Below are positions 27,100 to 36,578 of a stretch of 64,000 nucleotides of DNA, piece after piece; position 1 is the stretch's first letter; each line of letters starts with the position of its first letter. This DNA comes from Oscillospiraceae bacterium (GTDB taxonomy: Bacteria; Bacillota; Clostridia; Oscillospirales; Ruminococcaceae), in assembly GCA_017466865.1 (NCBI GenBank), contig JAFTTI010000014.1, positions 140,866-204,865 of the forward strand, written 5' to 3'. Below the pieces are notes generated by a model that was not told the DNA's origin, did no database searches, and saw only the letters and a list, made by a program, of their open reading frames with translations. The translations under genes were made by a program, and so were the position numbers.

Positions 27100-27648
27100 A
27101 TGAGTCTCACAACATATATACAATATCGCGATTGTATCCACGATATAGTAGATACTCCTGTTGTTCAGAAGATGTCGCGTTATATACAGCATGGTGATGT
27201 TTCAACTTTAGAACATTGTATACTTGTTTCGTATCTCAGTTTTTTAGTATGTAAAAAACTCGGTATGAACTATTATGCTGCCGCAAGGGGAGGACTTTTA
27301 CATGACCTCTTCTTATACGATTGGCACGATGTTCCGATAAAGATAAGAACACCCCGTGATATCTTTCGTATGCACGGATTTGTCCATTCAAAAAAAGCAC
27401 TCGACAATGCCTATGAACATTTTGATTTAAGTCTTCTTGAAATGGATATTATAGAAAAACACATGTGGCCTTTAACAGCCGTTCCGCCAAGATATAACGA
27501 AAGCTTCGTTGTTTCCTGTATGGACAAGGTTGCTGCGATTCTTGAAATGATGAGAATAAGCCGTCTTTCATTCCTCGGAAAAGTAACTGCTTTTTCGGCG
27601 GTGAGAGAGCAGGTTGTTGCAGAAATACTCGCAGTAAGTAATGCATAA
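27100..27648 (+). CDS. HD-domain phosphohydrolase
   Basis: The H...HD motif (LEHCILVSY ... GGLLHDLFLYDWH) is present. The start was re-picked at ATG 27100 behind AAAGGA. Confidence 0.65.
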   Translation: MSLTTYIQYRDCIHDIVDTPVVQKMSRYIQHGDVSTLEHCILVSYLSFLVCKKLGMNYYAAARGGLLHDLFLYDWHDVPIKIRTPRDIFRMHGFVHSKKALDNAYEHFDLSLLEMDIIEKHMWPLTAVPPRYNESFVVSCMDKVAAILEMMRISRLSFLGKVTAFSAVREQVVAEILAVSNA

Positions 27649-27652
27649 GTTT

Positions 27653-27689
27653 AACGGAAAGAGTTTAAACTCTTTCCGTTTTATTTTTT
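27653..27689 (+). terminator. intrinsic terminator
   Basis: Hairpin AACGGAAAGAG-TTTAAA-CTCTTTCCGTT followed by TTATTTTTT. Confidence 0.85.
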
Positions 27690-27820
27690 GGTTAACGCTA
27701 ATTATTACAAAATAATGTCAGTTTTGAAAATCGGTTGAAATCGGATTTTCAATAGTGTATTATTATGAATGGAGATTTTTTATAACAGCATTCGGGGGAA
27801 TGCTGATTTTGGAGGGAAAA

Positions 27821-28870
27821 ATGAAAATTTGTGCTGTTGTGCCGTCGCTTAATCCCGATGACAGCCTCATAGAAGTAATAACGGGGTTAAAGGAAAAGGA
27901 ATTCAAGAAAATAATACTCATAAACGACGGCAGTGAAAGTGATGAGTATTTCAATAAACTTAGCGCCGATGAAAGCGTAATTGTTCTTACCCATGAAGTG
28001 AACAAGGGCAAGGGCAGGGCTATGAAAACGGCCATGAGTTATTATCTTGAAAATTTAGCAGATGAATATGAGGGTGTCGTTTTCTGCGATGCCGATAATC
28101 AGCATTCATCTGCGGATATTTTAAAATGTGCTGAGGCTGTTTCTGAAAACACACTTGTTTTAGGCGTCCGTGATTTCAGCCTCGATAATGTTCCTAAAAG
28201 AAGTAAAATGGGAAACAGAACTATGTCTTTTCTTTTTAAGGTCATAGGAGGACTTTCTATTTCTGACACCCAGACAGGTCTTCGCGCTATGGGCAATTCT
28301 GTTATAAAGGATTACATAAATGTAAAAGGCGAAAGGTTTGAATATGAAACAAATATGCTTCTTGAAACTAAACGCCTCGGAACAGAAATAAAAGAAGTAA
28401 AGATAGAAACGATTTATGAAGACACAGAAGACCACAAAAGCAATTTTGATACTTTTAAGGACTCTTTCAGAATTTTCAAAATTCTTATTGCTTTTGTTTC
28501 ATCGTCTGTAATTTCCTGCGTTGTCGATGTTCTGATGTTTGCTATATTTATAAAGGTTTTCGGATTTTTATCAGAAGAAATACAGATTTTTCTTGCAACG
28601 GCAATAGCGAGAGTTATTTCTTCGATAGTGAATTATTTTATAAATCACAAGGCGGTTTTCAAAAGCCGTTCAGATGTTAAAGCAACGATATGGCGTTACT
28701 ATCTTTTGTGTATAGTACAGATGCTTTTTGCGTATTTGGGCGTTTATTTACTCGTCCACTTTACGCATTTCAACGAAGTTCTTATGAAGCTTCTTACTGA
28801 CTTTATACTGTTTCTTGTCAGTTTTCAGATTCAGAGAGATTTTATATTCCAGACGAAAAGGAAGAAATAG
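27821..28870 (+). CDS. family-2 glycosyltransferase fused to a GtrA-like membrane domain
   Basis: GGAGGG RBS. The GT2 N-terminus has VVPSLNPDD, INDGS and CDADNQH. The C-terminal 4-TM GtrA-like region has ARVISSIVNYFINHKAVF. The ORF-track start at 27755 was rejected. Confidence 0.82.
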   Translation: MKICAVVPSLNPDDSLIEVITGLKEKEFKKIILINDGSESDEYFNKLSADESVIVLTHEVNKGKGRAMKTAMSYYLENLADEYEGVVFCDADNQHSSADILKCAEAVSENTLVLGVRDFSLDNVPKRSKMGNRTMSFLFKVIGGLSISDTQTGLRAMGNSVIKDYINVKGERFEYETNMLLETKRLGTEIKEVKIETIYEDTEDHKSNFDTFKDSFRIFKILIAFVSSSVISCVVDVLMFAIFIKVFGFLSEEIQIFLATAIARVISSIVNYFINHKAVFKSRSDVKATIWRYYLLCIVQMLFAYLGVYLLVHFTHFNEVLMKLLTDFILFLVSFQIQRDFIFQTKRKK

Positions 28871-28875
28871 GTGTT

Positions 28876-29913
28876 ATGAAAGAAAATGTGAATGCCATAG
28901 AGAATAATGTTTCCAAAAAGAAAAACGGCGGAAGGATTGTAGGCAGAATTTTTATTGTTTTAGGACTTGTAATCCTCTTTTTACTGTTCTTTATTTTAGG
29001 AACAATAACAGTTGTTTTCAGAGGCCCCTCTGAAACCGCAAAGGGACTTTTAGCGACAACTTTAATGGAAACAAGTGCTATGAAATTTGTTCCGAGAATG
29101 TATTTTTCTGAAGAAGAGGTTGACCTTCTCTTAAAGAAGAATTCTGCTGTTGCGGTTAATGAAATAACCGATACTTCGCTTGTTGTCATAGAAAAGAAGG
29201 AAGAATCGTCAGAAGAAATAAAGCCCGAAGAAAATATCGAGATAATAGATATATCCTCATCGACATATAAGGGAAAACTTATGATTGTCAAAGACCCTTC
29301 AAAAGTAAAGGTTTCTGTTTCGGCAGAAAATTTCGGAGACGGAAAGGGTATGAAAATCGACGAGCATGTTGAAAAAGAGGACGCGATAGCAGGAGTCAAT
29401 GCAGGCGGTTTTGCCGATGAAAACGGAATGGGCAACGGCGGTCAGCCTTTGGGACTTGTTATAAAAGACGGCAGAGTTGTGTCGGGGCTTGAAACATACA
29501 GTTGTGTTATAGGTCTTGATAAAGATGATAAACTCGTTGTAGGAAGTATGAAGGGAACAGAGGCGGTTGAAAGAGGGCTTCGTGATGCCGTTTCTTTCGG
29601 GCCTGTATATATAGTAAACGGAAAAAGATCTGAAGTTATAGGAACAGGCGGAGGGGTAAACCCCAGAACCTGTATAGGTCAGAGGGCAGACGGTGCTGTT
29701 CTTTTACTCACAATAGACGGCAGACAGGCAACAAGCCTTGGTGCAACACACAGCGACTGTATAGATATTTTAGAGGAATACGGCGCTGTCAATGCGGCTA
29801 ACCTTGATGGTGGCTCTTCAACAAGTATGTACTACGACGGCGAGATACAGAATGTTCCCGCAACAGTTTACGGCCCACGCGATATCCCGACAGCGTTTGT
29901 TGTTATGCCATAA
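28876..29913 (+). CDS. phosphodiester glycosidase family protein (DUF2233/NAGPA-like), membrane anchored
   Basis: An N-terminal TM helix is followed by AGVNAGGF, PRTCIGQRADGAVLLLTIDGR and the NLDGGSS motif. Confidence 0.75.
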   Translation: MKENVNAIENNVSKKKNGGRIVGRIFIVLGLVILFLLFFILGTITVVFRGPSETAKGLLATTLMETSAMKFVPRMYFSEEEVDLLLKKNSAVAVNEITDTSLVVIEKKEESSEEIKPEENIEIIDISSSTYKGKLMIVKDPSKVKVSVSAENFGDGKGMKIDEHVEKEDAIAGVNAGGFADENGMGNGGQPLGLVIKDGRVVSGLETYSCVIGLDKDDKLVVGSMKGTEAVERGLRDAVSFGPVYIVNGKRSEVIGTGGGVNPRTCIGQRADGAVLLLTIDGRQATSLGATHSDCIDILEEYGAVNAANLDGGSSTSMYYDGEIQNVPATVYGPRDIPTAFVVMP

Positions 29914-29920
29914 CTTTTGA

Positions 29921-31000
29921 ATGGAGAAAAATATGAAAACCAGACTTAAACAAAAGAGCATTTTCGCTCCTGTACTTATAATAATTTTTTCGGTACTTAT
30001 AATAGCGTCGGTCTGCTTATGGGTTTATCTCTATGGCTTTTTAGAGGCTTATGAGAAAAATGTTCCTATAAACACAGCGAATAAAATTGCTGAACTATAT
30101 AAGCAAGAAAACTTCTCTGAAATCTTTTCGATGCAGGGAATAACTCCCGATAAATTCAATACAATTTCTGAATATGAAAAATTTTTCAGAGAAAAATACG
30201 GCGATGATTTTTCAGATGTAAGAGCAGCGAAAATCGCGAAAAGCGGCGAGGATGAAGTCTATGCCGTTCTTTTAGGAAACGAAAAACTCTGTGAATTCTT
30301 AGTAACAGAAGAGGGCACAGAGGATAAATACGGCTTTAAGGCGAGAAATACAGAGATGAAGCCTATGGATTATCCAAAAGAGTATTCTGTTTCTGTAACA
30401 GTTCCAAAGGGCGCAAAGGTTTATCTTAACGATGATGTTCTTCTTTCTGATAAAGAAAAGAAAACAACCGACCATGCAATAAAAGGCTATGACGAACTTT
30501 ATGACGAGGCTTTAAAACCTTCATTTGAATATTATGAGGTTAAAAATCTTCTCAATAAGCCATCTATAAAAGTCTTTTCTGAAAACGGCGAAGAAATGAA
30601 ACTTTCAGGCGATAACGGAGAATTTTATGCGCTCCCCGAAGTTTCACCCGAAATGGAATCACTCGCTAAATCACTTTCGGAAGAAGTTGCCGTTAAATAC
30701 GCTCTTTATGGAATTACTGATATAAAATTCGCAGAACTTTCTCCTTATCTTTTCCCCGAATGTGAATATTACAAAACAGTAAAAGGCTTTTATAACGATT
30801 GGTATGCAGAGCATACTTTCTCTTATGACGAAGTATCACACAGTGATATAAAGGTTTATGACGACACACATTTTTCTGTAAGAATAAAGTTTGTCTATCA
30901 TATAAATATCGGTTGGAAAATTGTCGACTATAATGTTGATTACAATATGTTCTTTATAAAATCAAACGGCAGATGGTTACTCTGCGGAATGGAACTTTAA
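29921..31000 (+). CDS. membrane-anchored hypothetical protein
   Basis: One N-terminal TM helix and no recognised motifs. It is tightly packed between the glycosidase gene and glgB. Confidence 0.55.
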   Translation: MEKNMKTRLKQKSIFAPVLIIIFSVLIIASVCLWVYLYGFLEAYEKNVPINTANKIAELYKQENFSEIFSMQGITPDKFNTISEYEKFFREKYGDDFSDVRAAKIAKSGEDEVYAVLLGNEKLCEFLVTEEGTEDKYGFKARNTEMKPMDYPKEYSVSVTVPKGAKVYLNDDVLLSDKEKKTTDHAIKGYDELYDEALKPSFEYYEVKNLLNKPSIKVFSENGEEMKLSGDNGEFYALPEVSPEMESLAKSLSEEVAVKYALYGITDIKFAELSPYLFPECEYYKTVKGFYNDWYAEHTFSYDEVSHSDIKVYDDTHFSVRIKFVYHINIGWKIVDYNVDYNMFFIKSNGRWLLCGMEL

Positions 31001-31001
31001 T

Positions 31002-32735
31002 ATGGATATAAAAAATATCTTATCGGGATTGTCTTTTTCAGCCTATGAAACTTTGGGCGTTCATCCCGAAAAAGAGGGCAACAGATTTTCGGTTTTTGCA
31101 CCCGAAGCAAAAAATGTTTCTTTAATCGGAGAGTTTTCTGACTGGAAAGAAATTCCGATGAAAAAGGACGATAACGGAGTATGGTCTGTTTCTGTGAAAA
31201 ATTCAGAAGCAGGACAGATGTATAAATTCAGGATAACCACAAAAAACGGCGAAACTTTTGACCGTATGGACCCCTTTGCCTTCTTCTCGGAAAAGCGACC
31301 GGGGAATGCATCTGTTATCTATAATCCTTCTGAATATAAATGGAATGACAGCGAATGGATTTCATCAAGAAAAAAAGATTTTTCGGGCAATATCAATATC
31401 TATGAAGTGCACCTCGGTTCGTTTATGAAAAAGGATGACGGCGAGTTTCTTTCTTATGATGAAATGGCTGAAAAACTTATTCCCTATGTTAAATCATTGG
31501 GAGCAAATTATGTTGAATTTCTCCCCTTTACCGAACATCCTCTCGATGCAAGCTGGGGGTATCAGGTTTCGGGATATTATTCAGCAACATCAAGATACGG
31601 TAACCCCGACGGTCTTAAAAGACTCATAGAAAAATGCCATCAGAATAATATCGGCGTTATTATGGATTTTGTTCCTTTACATTTTGTTTCTGATTATTTT
31701 GCACTCAACTGTTATGACGGAACACATATCTTTGAAAGCGACATAGAAAATGAAAGACACAGCCGTTGGGGAACGACACTTTTCGATTTCTCAAAACCTT
31801 TTGTCATAAGTTTTCTTCATTCGGCAGTAGCTTTCTGGATAGAAAATTATCATATCGACGGAATTCGTTTTGATGCCGTTTCAGAGATGATTTATCGTCA
31901 CGGAAGCGGTGATGAGGGACTCAACGAACCTGCTATATGGTTTATGAAAACGCTTAATTTCTATATATCTAAAAAATATGAGGATGTAATGCTTATAGCC
32001 GAAGATTCATCTATTTTCGGAAAAGTAACAGCACCCGTAGAATACGGTGGTTTAGGGTTTGATTATAAGTGGGATTTAGGATGGATGAACAATACCCTTT
32101 ATTATCTTTCACTTCCTTTTGAAAAGAGGGAATATAAAGCTTACAGCATCTATCATTCAATGGATTATTTCTATAACGAAAACTATATTCTTCCCCTTTC
32201 ACACGATGAGGTTTCTCACGGCAAAAAGTCGCTCATAAATAAATTCTATGGCGATTTTGAAGAACGCTTTTTACAGTTGAAACTTCTTCTTACATATGCT
32301 TTTACTCACCCCGGAAAAAAACTCTTTTTTATGGGAACAGAAATTCCCTCTGAAAGAGAATGGAACGAATATGATGTTCTCGAATGGGAAAATGGCAGAA
32401 GAGAAGAACTTACAGAATTTTTCAGTGAACTCTCATCGCTTTATTCTTCACATCCTTCACTCTATAAAAATGACTTTGACGGAAGATTTTTCAGATGGAC
32501 AGAAAAAGAAAATGATGAATGTCTGTTTATTTTCGAAAGACTTTCTGATGATGGCGATAAAGTTATAACGGCGCTTAATTTCTCTGATGAAAAAGTGTCT
32601 AAAAAGATACTTCTTTCTCCTGATTATGAAATACTTATTTTTAGCGGAAATGCCGAAATAACAAGAACAAAAACTATGGCGACTCTGAAACTCGGCAAAC
32701 TCTCATCTGTTGTCATAGGAAAAAAATACAACTGA
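31002..32735 (+). CDS. glgB: 1,4-alpha-glucan branching enzyme (short GH13_9-type form)
   Basis: GH13 regions are DFVPLHF, DGIRFDAVS, IAEDSS and LSHDEV, with a CBM48-like N-terminus (FSVFAPEAKNVSLIGEF). Confidence 0.9.
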   Translation: MDIKNILSGLSFSAYETLGVHPEKEGNRFSVFAPEAKNVSLIGEFSDWKEIPMKKDDNGVWSVSVKNSEAGQMYKFRITTKNGETFDRMDPFAFFSEKRPGNASVIYNPSEYKWNDSEWISSRKKDFSGNINIYEVHLGSFMKKDDGEFLSYDEMAEKLIPYVKSLGANYVEFLPFTEHPLDASWGYQVSGYYSATSRYGNPDGLKRLIEKCHQNNIGVIMDFVPLHFVSDYFALNCYDGTHIFESDIENERHSRWGTTLFDFSKPFVISFLHSAVAFWIENYHIDGIRFDAVSEMIYRHGSGDEGLNEPAIWFMKTLNFYISKKYEDVMLIAEDSSIFGKVTAPVEYGGLGFDYKWDLGWMNNTLYYLSLPFEKREYKAYSIYHSMDYFYNENYILPLSHDEVSHGKKSLINKFYGDFEERFLQLKLLLTYAFTHPGKKLFFMGTEIPSEREWNEYDVLEWENGRREELTEFFSELSSLYSSHPSLYKNDFDGRFFRWTEKENDECLFIFERLSDDGDKVITALNFSDEKVSKKILLSPDYEILIFSGNAEITRTKTMATLKLGKLSSVVIGKKYN

Positions 32736-32742
32736 AAAACTA

Positions 32743-32794
32743 TTGACAATCGAACATATGTTCTGCTATAATAGAAAAGCGGAACATATGTTCG
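32743..32794 (+). promoter_or_regulatory. SOS-type promoter with two LexA (Cheo) boxes
   Basis: TTGACA (~32743-32748), an 18-nt spacer, then TATAAT (~32767-32772). Box 1, CGAACATATGTTCT (~32751-32764), lies inside the spacer. Box 2, GGAACATATGTTCG (~32781-32794), lies just downstream of the -10. Both contain the perfect palindrome GAACATATGTTC, which matches the Gram-positive consensus CGAACnnnnGTTCG. Confidence 0.8.
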
Positions 32795-32810
32795 ATTTTT
32801 CTTTTGAGAG

Positions 32811-34154
32811 GTGATAGGATTGGAACTTTTGGAAAAACTTAAAATACTTGGCGACAGCGCAAAATACGATGCCGCCTGCACATCGAGCGGTGTTGACAGG
32901 GGCGGAAACATCGACGGCATAGGAAACGCTGCCTCCTGCGGTATATGCCATAGCTTTGCCGCCGACGGCAGATGTATTTCGCTTTTAAAAGTTTTAATGA
33001 CAAACTATTGCCTTTTCGACTGTAAATACTGTATCAACCGAAGGAGTAACGATATAGAAAGAGCAAGATTTGAACCGCGTGAACTTGCCGAACTTGTGAT
33101 AAATTTTTATAAGAGAAATTATATCGAAGGCTTGTTTTTAAGTTCGGGGATAATAAAAAGTCCCGATTATACCTGCGAACAGATGATTGAGATTTTGCGG
33201 ATTCTTCGTTATGAATATAAATTTGGTGGATATATCCACGCAAAAGCAATACCGGGGGCGGATCCTTTGCTTATTGAGAAACTTGGGTATTTAGCCGATA
33301 GAATGAGCGTTAATATCGAACTTCCTTCTGAAGAAAGCCTTAATAAAATTGCACCCGATAAATCAAAACGCAACATTCTTCTTCCTATGTATAATATCAG
33401 AACAGGCATTGAAGAAAATCACACAGAAATCGTAAAGTATAAAGCCGCGCCGAAATTTGTTCCCGCAGGGCAAAGCACACAGATGATCATAGGCGCTACC
33501 CCCGAAAGTGATTTACAGATAATTACTCTTTCAGAGGCTTTGTATAAAAAATTCAGTCTTAAAAGAGTTTTCTATTCGGCTTATGTTCCCGTAGGTGATG
33601 AAAAATTTCTTCCCTCAAAAGAAACAAAACCACCGCTACTTCGCGAACATCGTCTTTATCAGGCAGATTGGCTTCTTCGTTTTTACGGCTTTGAAGCAAA
33701 GGAACTTTTAGACGAAAAACATTCTTCTTTCAATCCGCTTTTAGATCCTAAATGCAACTGGGCGGTAAATCATCCTGAATTTTTCCCTGTTGAGATAAAT
33801 AAAGCGCCTTATGAACTTCTGCTTCGTATTCCAGGAGTGGGGGTAAATTCTGCCCGAAGAATAATGATGGCAAGAAGAACGGCAAATCTTAATTTCAAGG
33901 ACCTTAAAAAACTCGGTGTTGTTCTTAAAAGAGCGCAGTATTTTATTCTTTGCAACGGAAAAATGACCGAAGGACTGAAAGTTACAGAAACCGCTGTAAT
34001 GCGTGAACTTATGTCGGCAAGTGTTGTCAAGAAACTTGATGAAAACGGTGTTTTCCATGATAATTCCTACGGCACACAGATTTCATTCTTTGACAATGAA
34101 AACAAAAATCTTTCTATGGAGGATTCACTAAAATGTCTCACGGGACAAATGTAA
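32811..34154 (+). CDS. putative DNA modification/repair radical SAM protein (TIGR03916-like)
   Basis: The CxxxCxxC motif is in NYCLFDCKYCINRRS. The conserved N-terminal GDSAKYDAAC and the C-terminal helix-hairpin-helix-like LLRIPGVGVNSARRI are present. It starts at GTG behind GAGAGG. Confidence 0.8.
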   Translation: MIGLELLEKLKILGDSAKYDAACTSSGVDRGGNIDGIGNAASCGICHSFAADGRCISLLKVLMTNYCLFDCKYCINRRSNDIERARFEPRELAELVINFYKRNYIEGLFLSSGIIKSPDYTCEQMIEILRILRYEYKFGGYIHAKAIPGADPLLIEKLGYLADRMSVNIELPSEESLNKIAPDKSKRNILLPMYNIRTGIEENHTEIVKYKAAPKFVPAGQSTQMIIGATPESDLQIITLSEALYKKFSLKRVFYSAYVPVGDEKFLPSKETKPPLLREHRLYQADWLLRFYGFEAKELLDEKHSSFNPLLDPKCNWAVNHPEFFPVEINKAPYELLLRIPGVGVNSARRIMMARRTANLNFKDLKKLGVVLKRAQYFILCNGKMTEGLKVTETAVMRELMSASVVKKLDENGVFHDNSYGTQISFFDNENKNLSMEDSLKCLTGQM

Positions 34155-34924
34155 CATACCGCTATGACGGTAGTTTCAACGGACTCATGACTGCTGTATA
34201 TAAAGCGATTTCATCCAAAAAAATGCCTGAAAATATCATTTCCGAAGAAGATAGTCAGACCATACTTTTTTCTGAAGAACAGGTTTTATCTGATGAAGAA
34301 ATTTCTTCTAAAATGCAGAAATATATCAGAGAAAAAATCTCTTTCGATGCACTCGATAACATAAGAAGATGCTATTTTTCAAATGCAAAAGAAAAAGAAA
34401 TGCTGATTTTAAAGTATATTCTTTTAGGAATGAAATACGGCAGAAAGGTCGATTCAATGCTTTCTGTCGATACGGTTATAACGATGTTCAAAGTTGTAAA
34501 AAGGTTTTCGAATGAAGCGAATTTCTATCGTGAATTTTTGAGATTTACAGAAAACGAGGGAGTTCTTTCGTCTGTTATCGAACCTGAAAATTTTGTTCTT
34601 CCCTATATCGTTTATCATTATGAACAGAGAATAGGGAACCTCGATTTTCTGATTTATGATAAAACGCATAAAGTTGCGCTTATTCATAAGGACAAACATT
34701 CCGATATTGTTTTTATCGATGATTTTTCACTTCCTGAGGCGGATGATAAAGAAAGATTCTATCGTGAACTCTGGAAAGGCTATTACAATATTATCGGCAT
34801 AAAAGAACGCTATAACGAAAAACTCCGTATGAATTTAATGCCTAAAAAATACTGGAAACATATGACTGAATTTGAGGATATGTTCGGTAGCAATAAAGAA
34901 AATAAAAAGTGCCTTATGGGATAA
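34133..34924 (+). CDS. DUF4130/TIGR03915-like probable DNA metabolism protein (usual partner of the radical SAM protein)
   Basis: 263 aa, overlapping the radical SAM gene by 22 nt. The N-terminus YRYDGSFNGLMTAVY and ANFYREFLRF are typical of the family as I recall it. Confidence 0.7.
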   Translation: MSHGTNVTYRYDGSFNGLMTAVYKAISSKKMPENIISEEDSQTILFSEEQVLSDEEISSKMQKYIREKISFDALDNIRRCYFSNAKEKEMLILKYILLGMKYGRKVDSMLSVDTVITMFKVVKRFSNEANFYREFLRFTENEGVLSSVIEPENFVLPYIVYHYEQRIGNLDFLIYDKTHKVALIHKDKHSDIVFIDDFSLPEADDKERFYRELWKGYYNIIGIKERYNEKLRMNLMPKKYWKHMTEFEDMFGSNKENKKCLMG

Positions 34925-34940
34925 AATCCATAAGACACTT

Positions 34941-36383
34941 TTACTTTTTCATTGGTGTTAAAATTCCGCCGTCCTGTAAGGTTATCGTTTCACCGTTTAA
35001 ATAAACATTTGTGGGATTATCGGCATCGTAGTAAATGGTATAGCCGTTGTCTATGATGTTTGAAAAATCCGCCATTCCCGGAGTGATTGAGGATACGAAA
35101 GAGTTTCCCGTGAGTATCCATTTGCTTGTTCCGTCAAGAATAATATCCGCTTTTTTGGCTGTGTTTCTTGAATTTATTGTTCCTTCGAAGGTTGACAAAG
35201 CCGAAAGCTCTAATTTTACTTCGCTTAAATTATCGGCATAGATATCTCCTTCGAGCTTCTGGAAATTAGCAACGATAGTTGCTTTTCCGCCGTTTTCTCC
35301 GACTTCGCCCCATTTTTCGTTTGCGACGACATTTACGAGCGATGATGAGTTTGAGTTTATCTCAACCGCCTGAAGACAGATCTTCGCGTCGGTATTAGCA
35401 ACATAGAATAAAGCGCCCGATTTTGCTTCTATCGTTCCGCCGACAAGATTTAAAGTTGCAAGACCTTTATTTGTTTCTCCTGAATTGCTCTGATAAAGTG
35501 TGAATGTTGTTGAGCCTGATTCTATATCGCAGCCCGTTAACGAAACGGAATTCTTTCCTTCGATTATTGCTGCTTCTGATGAGGTTGTGTTTATCTTTAC
35601 ACCCGTCATAGACACATTTCCTTCGGAATATACGGCAGGGGATGAAACGCCTAAAGTTGATATCTCTCCGCCTGTAACAGTTATCGTTCCGCCATTGACG
35701 CCTACGAAAACAGCGGGGGAGTTCATTCCGTTTGTGGAAATCTTTGAGCCTGCGGCATAGATGTTTCCGTGATATGTTGAGGCGAGTGCTCTCGCATTAG
35801 CATTCTGTGTCATGATTTCACTCTGCGAAATGTCTATAACAGAGCCTGTTCCATAAGCGAAACAAGCCGAAACACCATTTCCTGTTGTTGTTATAACGCT
35901 GTTTTTTATATCTATCTGACTTGAAGGCATACAAAGAAAAGCCGATGATGTTCCGAAAAATCTGCTTTCTGCTGTGTCAGAAGATTTTGAGCTTGAAACC
36001 GCGGTCATTCCCTCTAATGTGAGTTTTCCGCGGTTTTTTGCAATTCCTGCCGAAACATCAACATCTTTCGAGATGAGGTCATCAGAAATTTTGAGTTTTT
36101 CTGAATCGGCAGTTTTCATCGCAACAGCCGTTGCTTTGGGCTTTTTGGGGATTATAACTTCCGTCAGACCAAAATCTGTTCCGTCAATAAAAAGGGTTGT
36201 CCCCGAGGTTGTTATGTTGGTATCATAGGCGGAAGTTCCTAATGTATAAACAGGAGGTTTTTTGGTTGTAGCATGAGTTTCAAGCGCATCAAGATTATTC
36301 ACATAATCCGCAACTGTGCAGGAAGAAAGCGACAACGAGAGAACTATGCATAAAGCAAATGCGAAAATACGCTTTTCTTTCAT
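34941..36383 (-). CDS. beta-helix-repeat lipoprotein (possibly Cthe_2159-like carbohydrate-binding family)
   Basis: AAAGGAGG RBS before ATG 36383. Lipobox LSSC. It has many ~22-25-aa G/S/T/V/I-rich repeats (e.g. ...VTGGEISTLGVSSPAVYSEGNVSMTGVKINTTSSEAAIIEGKNSVSLTGCDI). The family assignment is tentative. Confidence 0.6.
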   Translation of the reverse strand: MKEKRIFAFALCIVLSLSLSSCTVADYVNNLDALETHATTKKPPVYTLGTSAYDTNITTSGTTLFIDGTDFGLTEVIIPKKPKATAVAMKTADSEKLKISDDLISKDVDVSAGIAKNRGKLTLEGMTAVSSSKSSDTAESRFFGTSSAFLCMPSSQIDIKNSVITTTGNGVSACFAYGTGSVIDISQSEIMTQNANARALASTYHGNIYAAGSKISTNGMNSPAVFVGVNGGTITVTGGEISTLGVSSPAVYSEGNVSMTGVKINTTSSEAAIIEGKNSVSLTGCDIESGSTTFTLYQSNSGETNKGLATLNLVGGTIEAKSGALFYVANTDAKICLQAVEINSNSSSLVNVVANEKWGEVGENGGKATIVANFQKLEGDIYADNLSEVKLELSALSTFEGTINSRNTAKKADIILDGTSKWILTGNSFVSSITPGMADFSNIIDNGYTIYYDADNPTNVYLNGETITLQDGGILTPMKK

Positions 36384-36578
36384 ATAAAAACCTCCTTTTT
36401 CAAGACTTTTCATTATGATTATACCATAAGATTTCGTTTTTTTCTATATTGTCAACAAAAAATAAAAATTTTGTATATTCTCAACAATATTTGTTTCCGA
36501 CATATTTCAAATGTTGATTTCAGAGCATTTTTATAGTATAATAAGGTGTAATTTTATATCTATATCTTCAAAGAGGAG

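Noticed and set aside
28842-29435. Long antisense or alternate-frame ORFs inside real genes. Examples are 28842-29435, 18995-19474, 12031-12447, 62251-62697, 53036-53431, 9790-10257, 60709-61269, 55698-56093 and 45046-45390.
   Set aside because: They are typical shadow ORFs of codon-biased genes. They fully overlap well-supported CDS, lack RBS sequences, and give Ser/Leu/Thr-rich nonsense-like products.
32691-32735. Apparent 1-nt discrepancy between my hand reading of the printed sequence across the 32700/32701 line break and the glgB frame in the ORF track (a possible frameshift)
   Set aside because: The ORF track gives an uninterrupted 577-aa GlgB with all GH13 regions, and downstream anchors agree again. 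This is most likely my counting or reading error. Coordinates of the LexA boxes were therefore anchored to the ORF track and carry an uncertainty of 1-2 nt.
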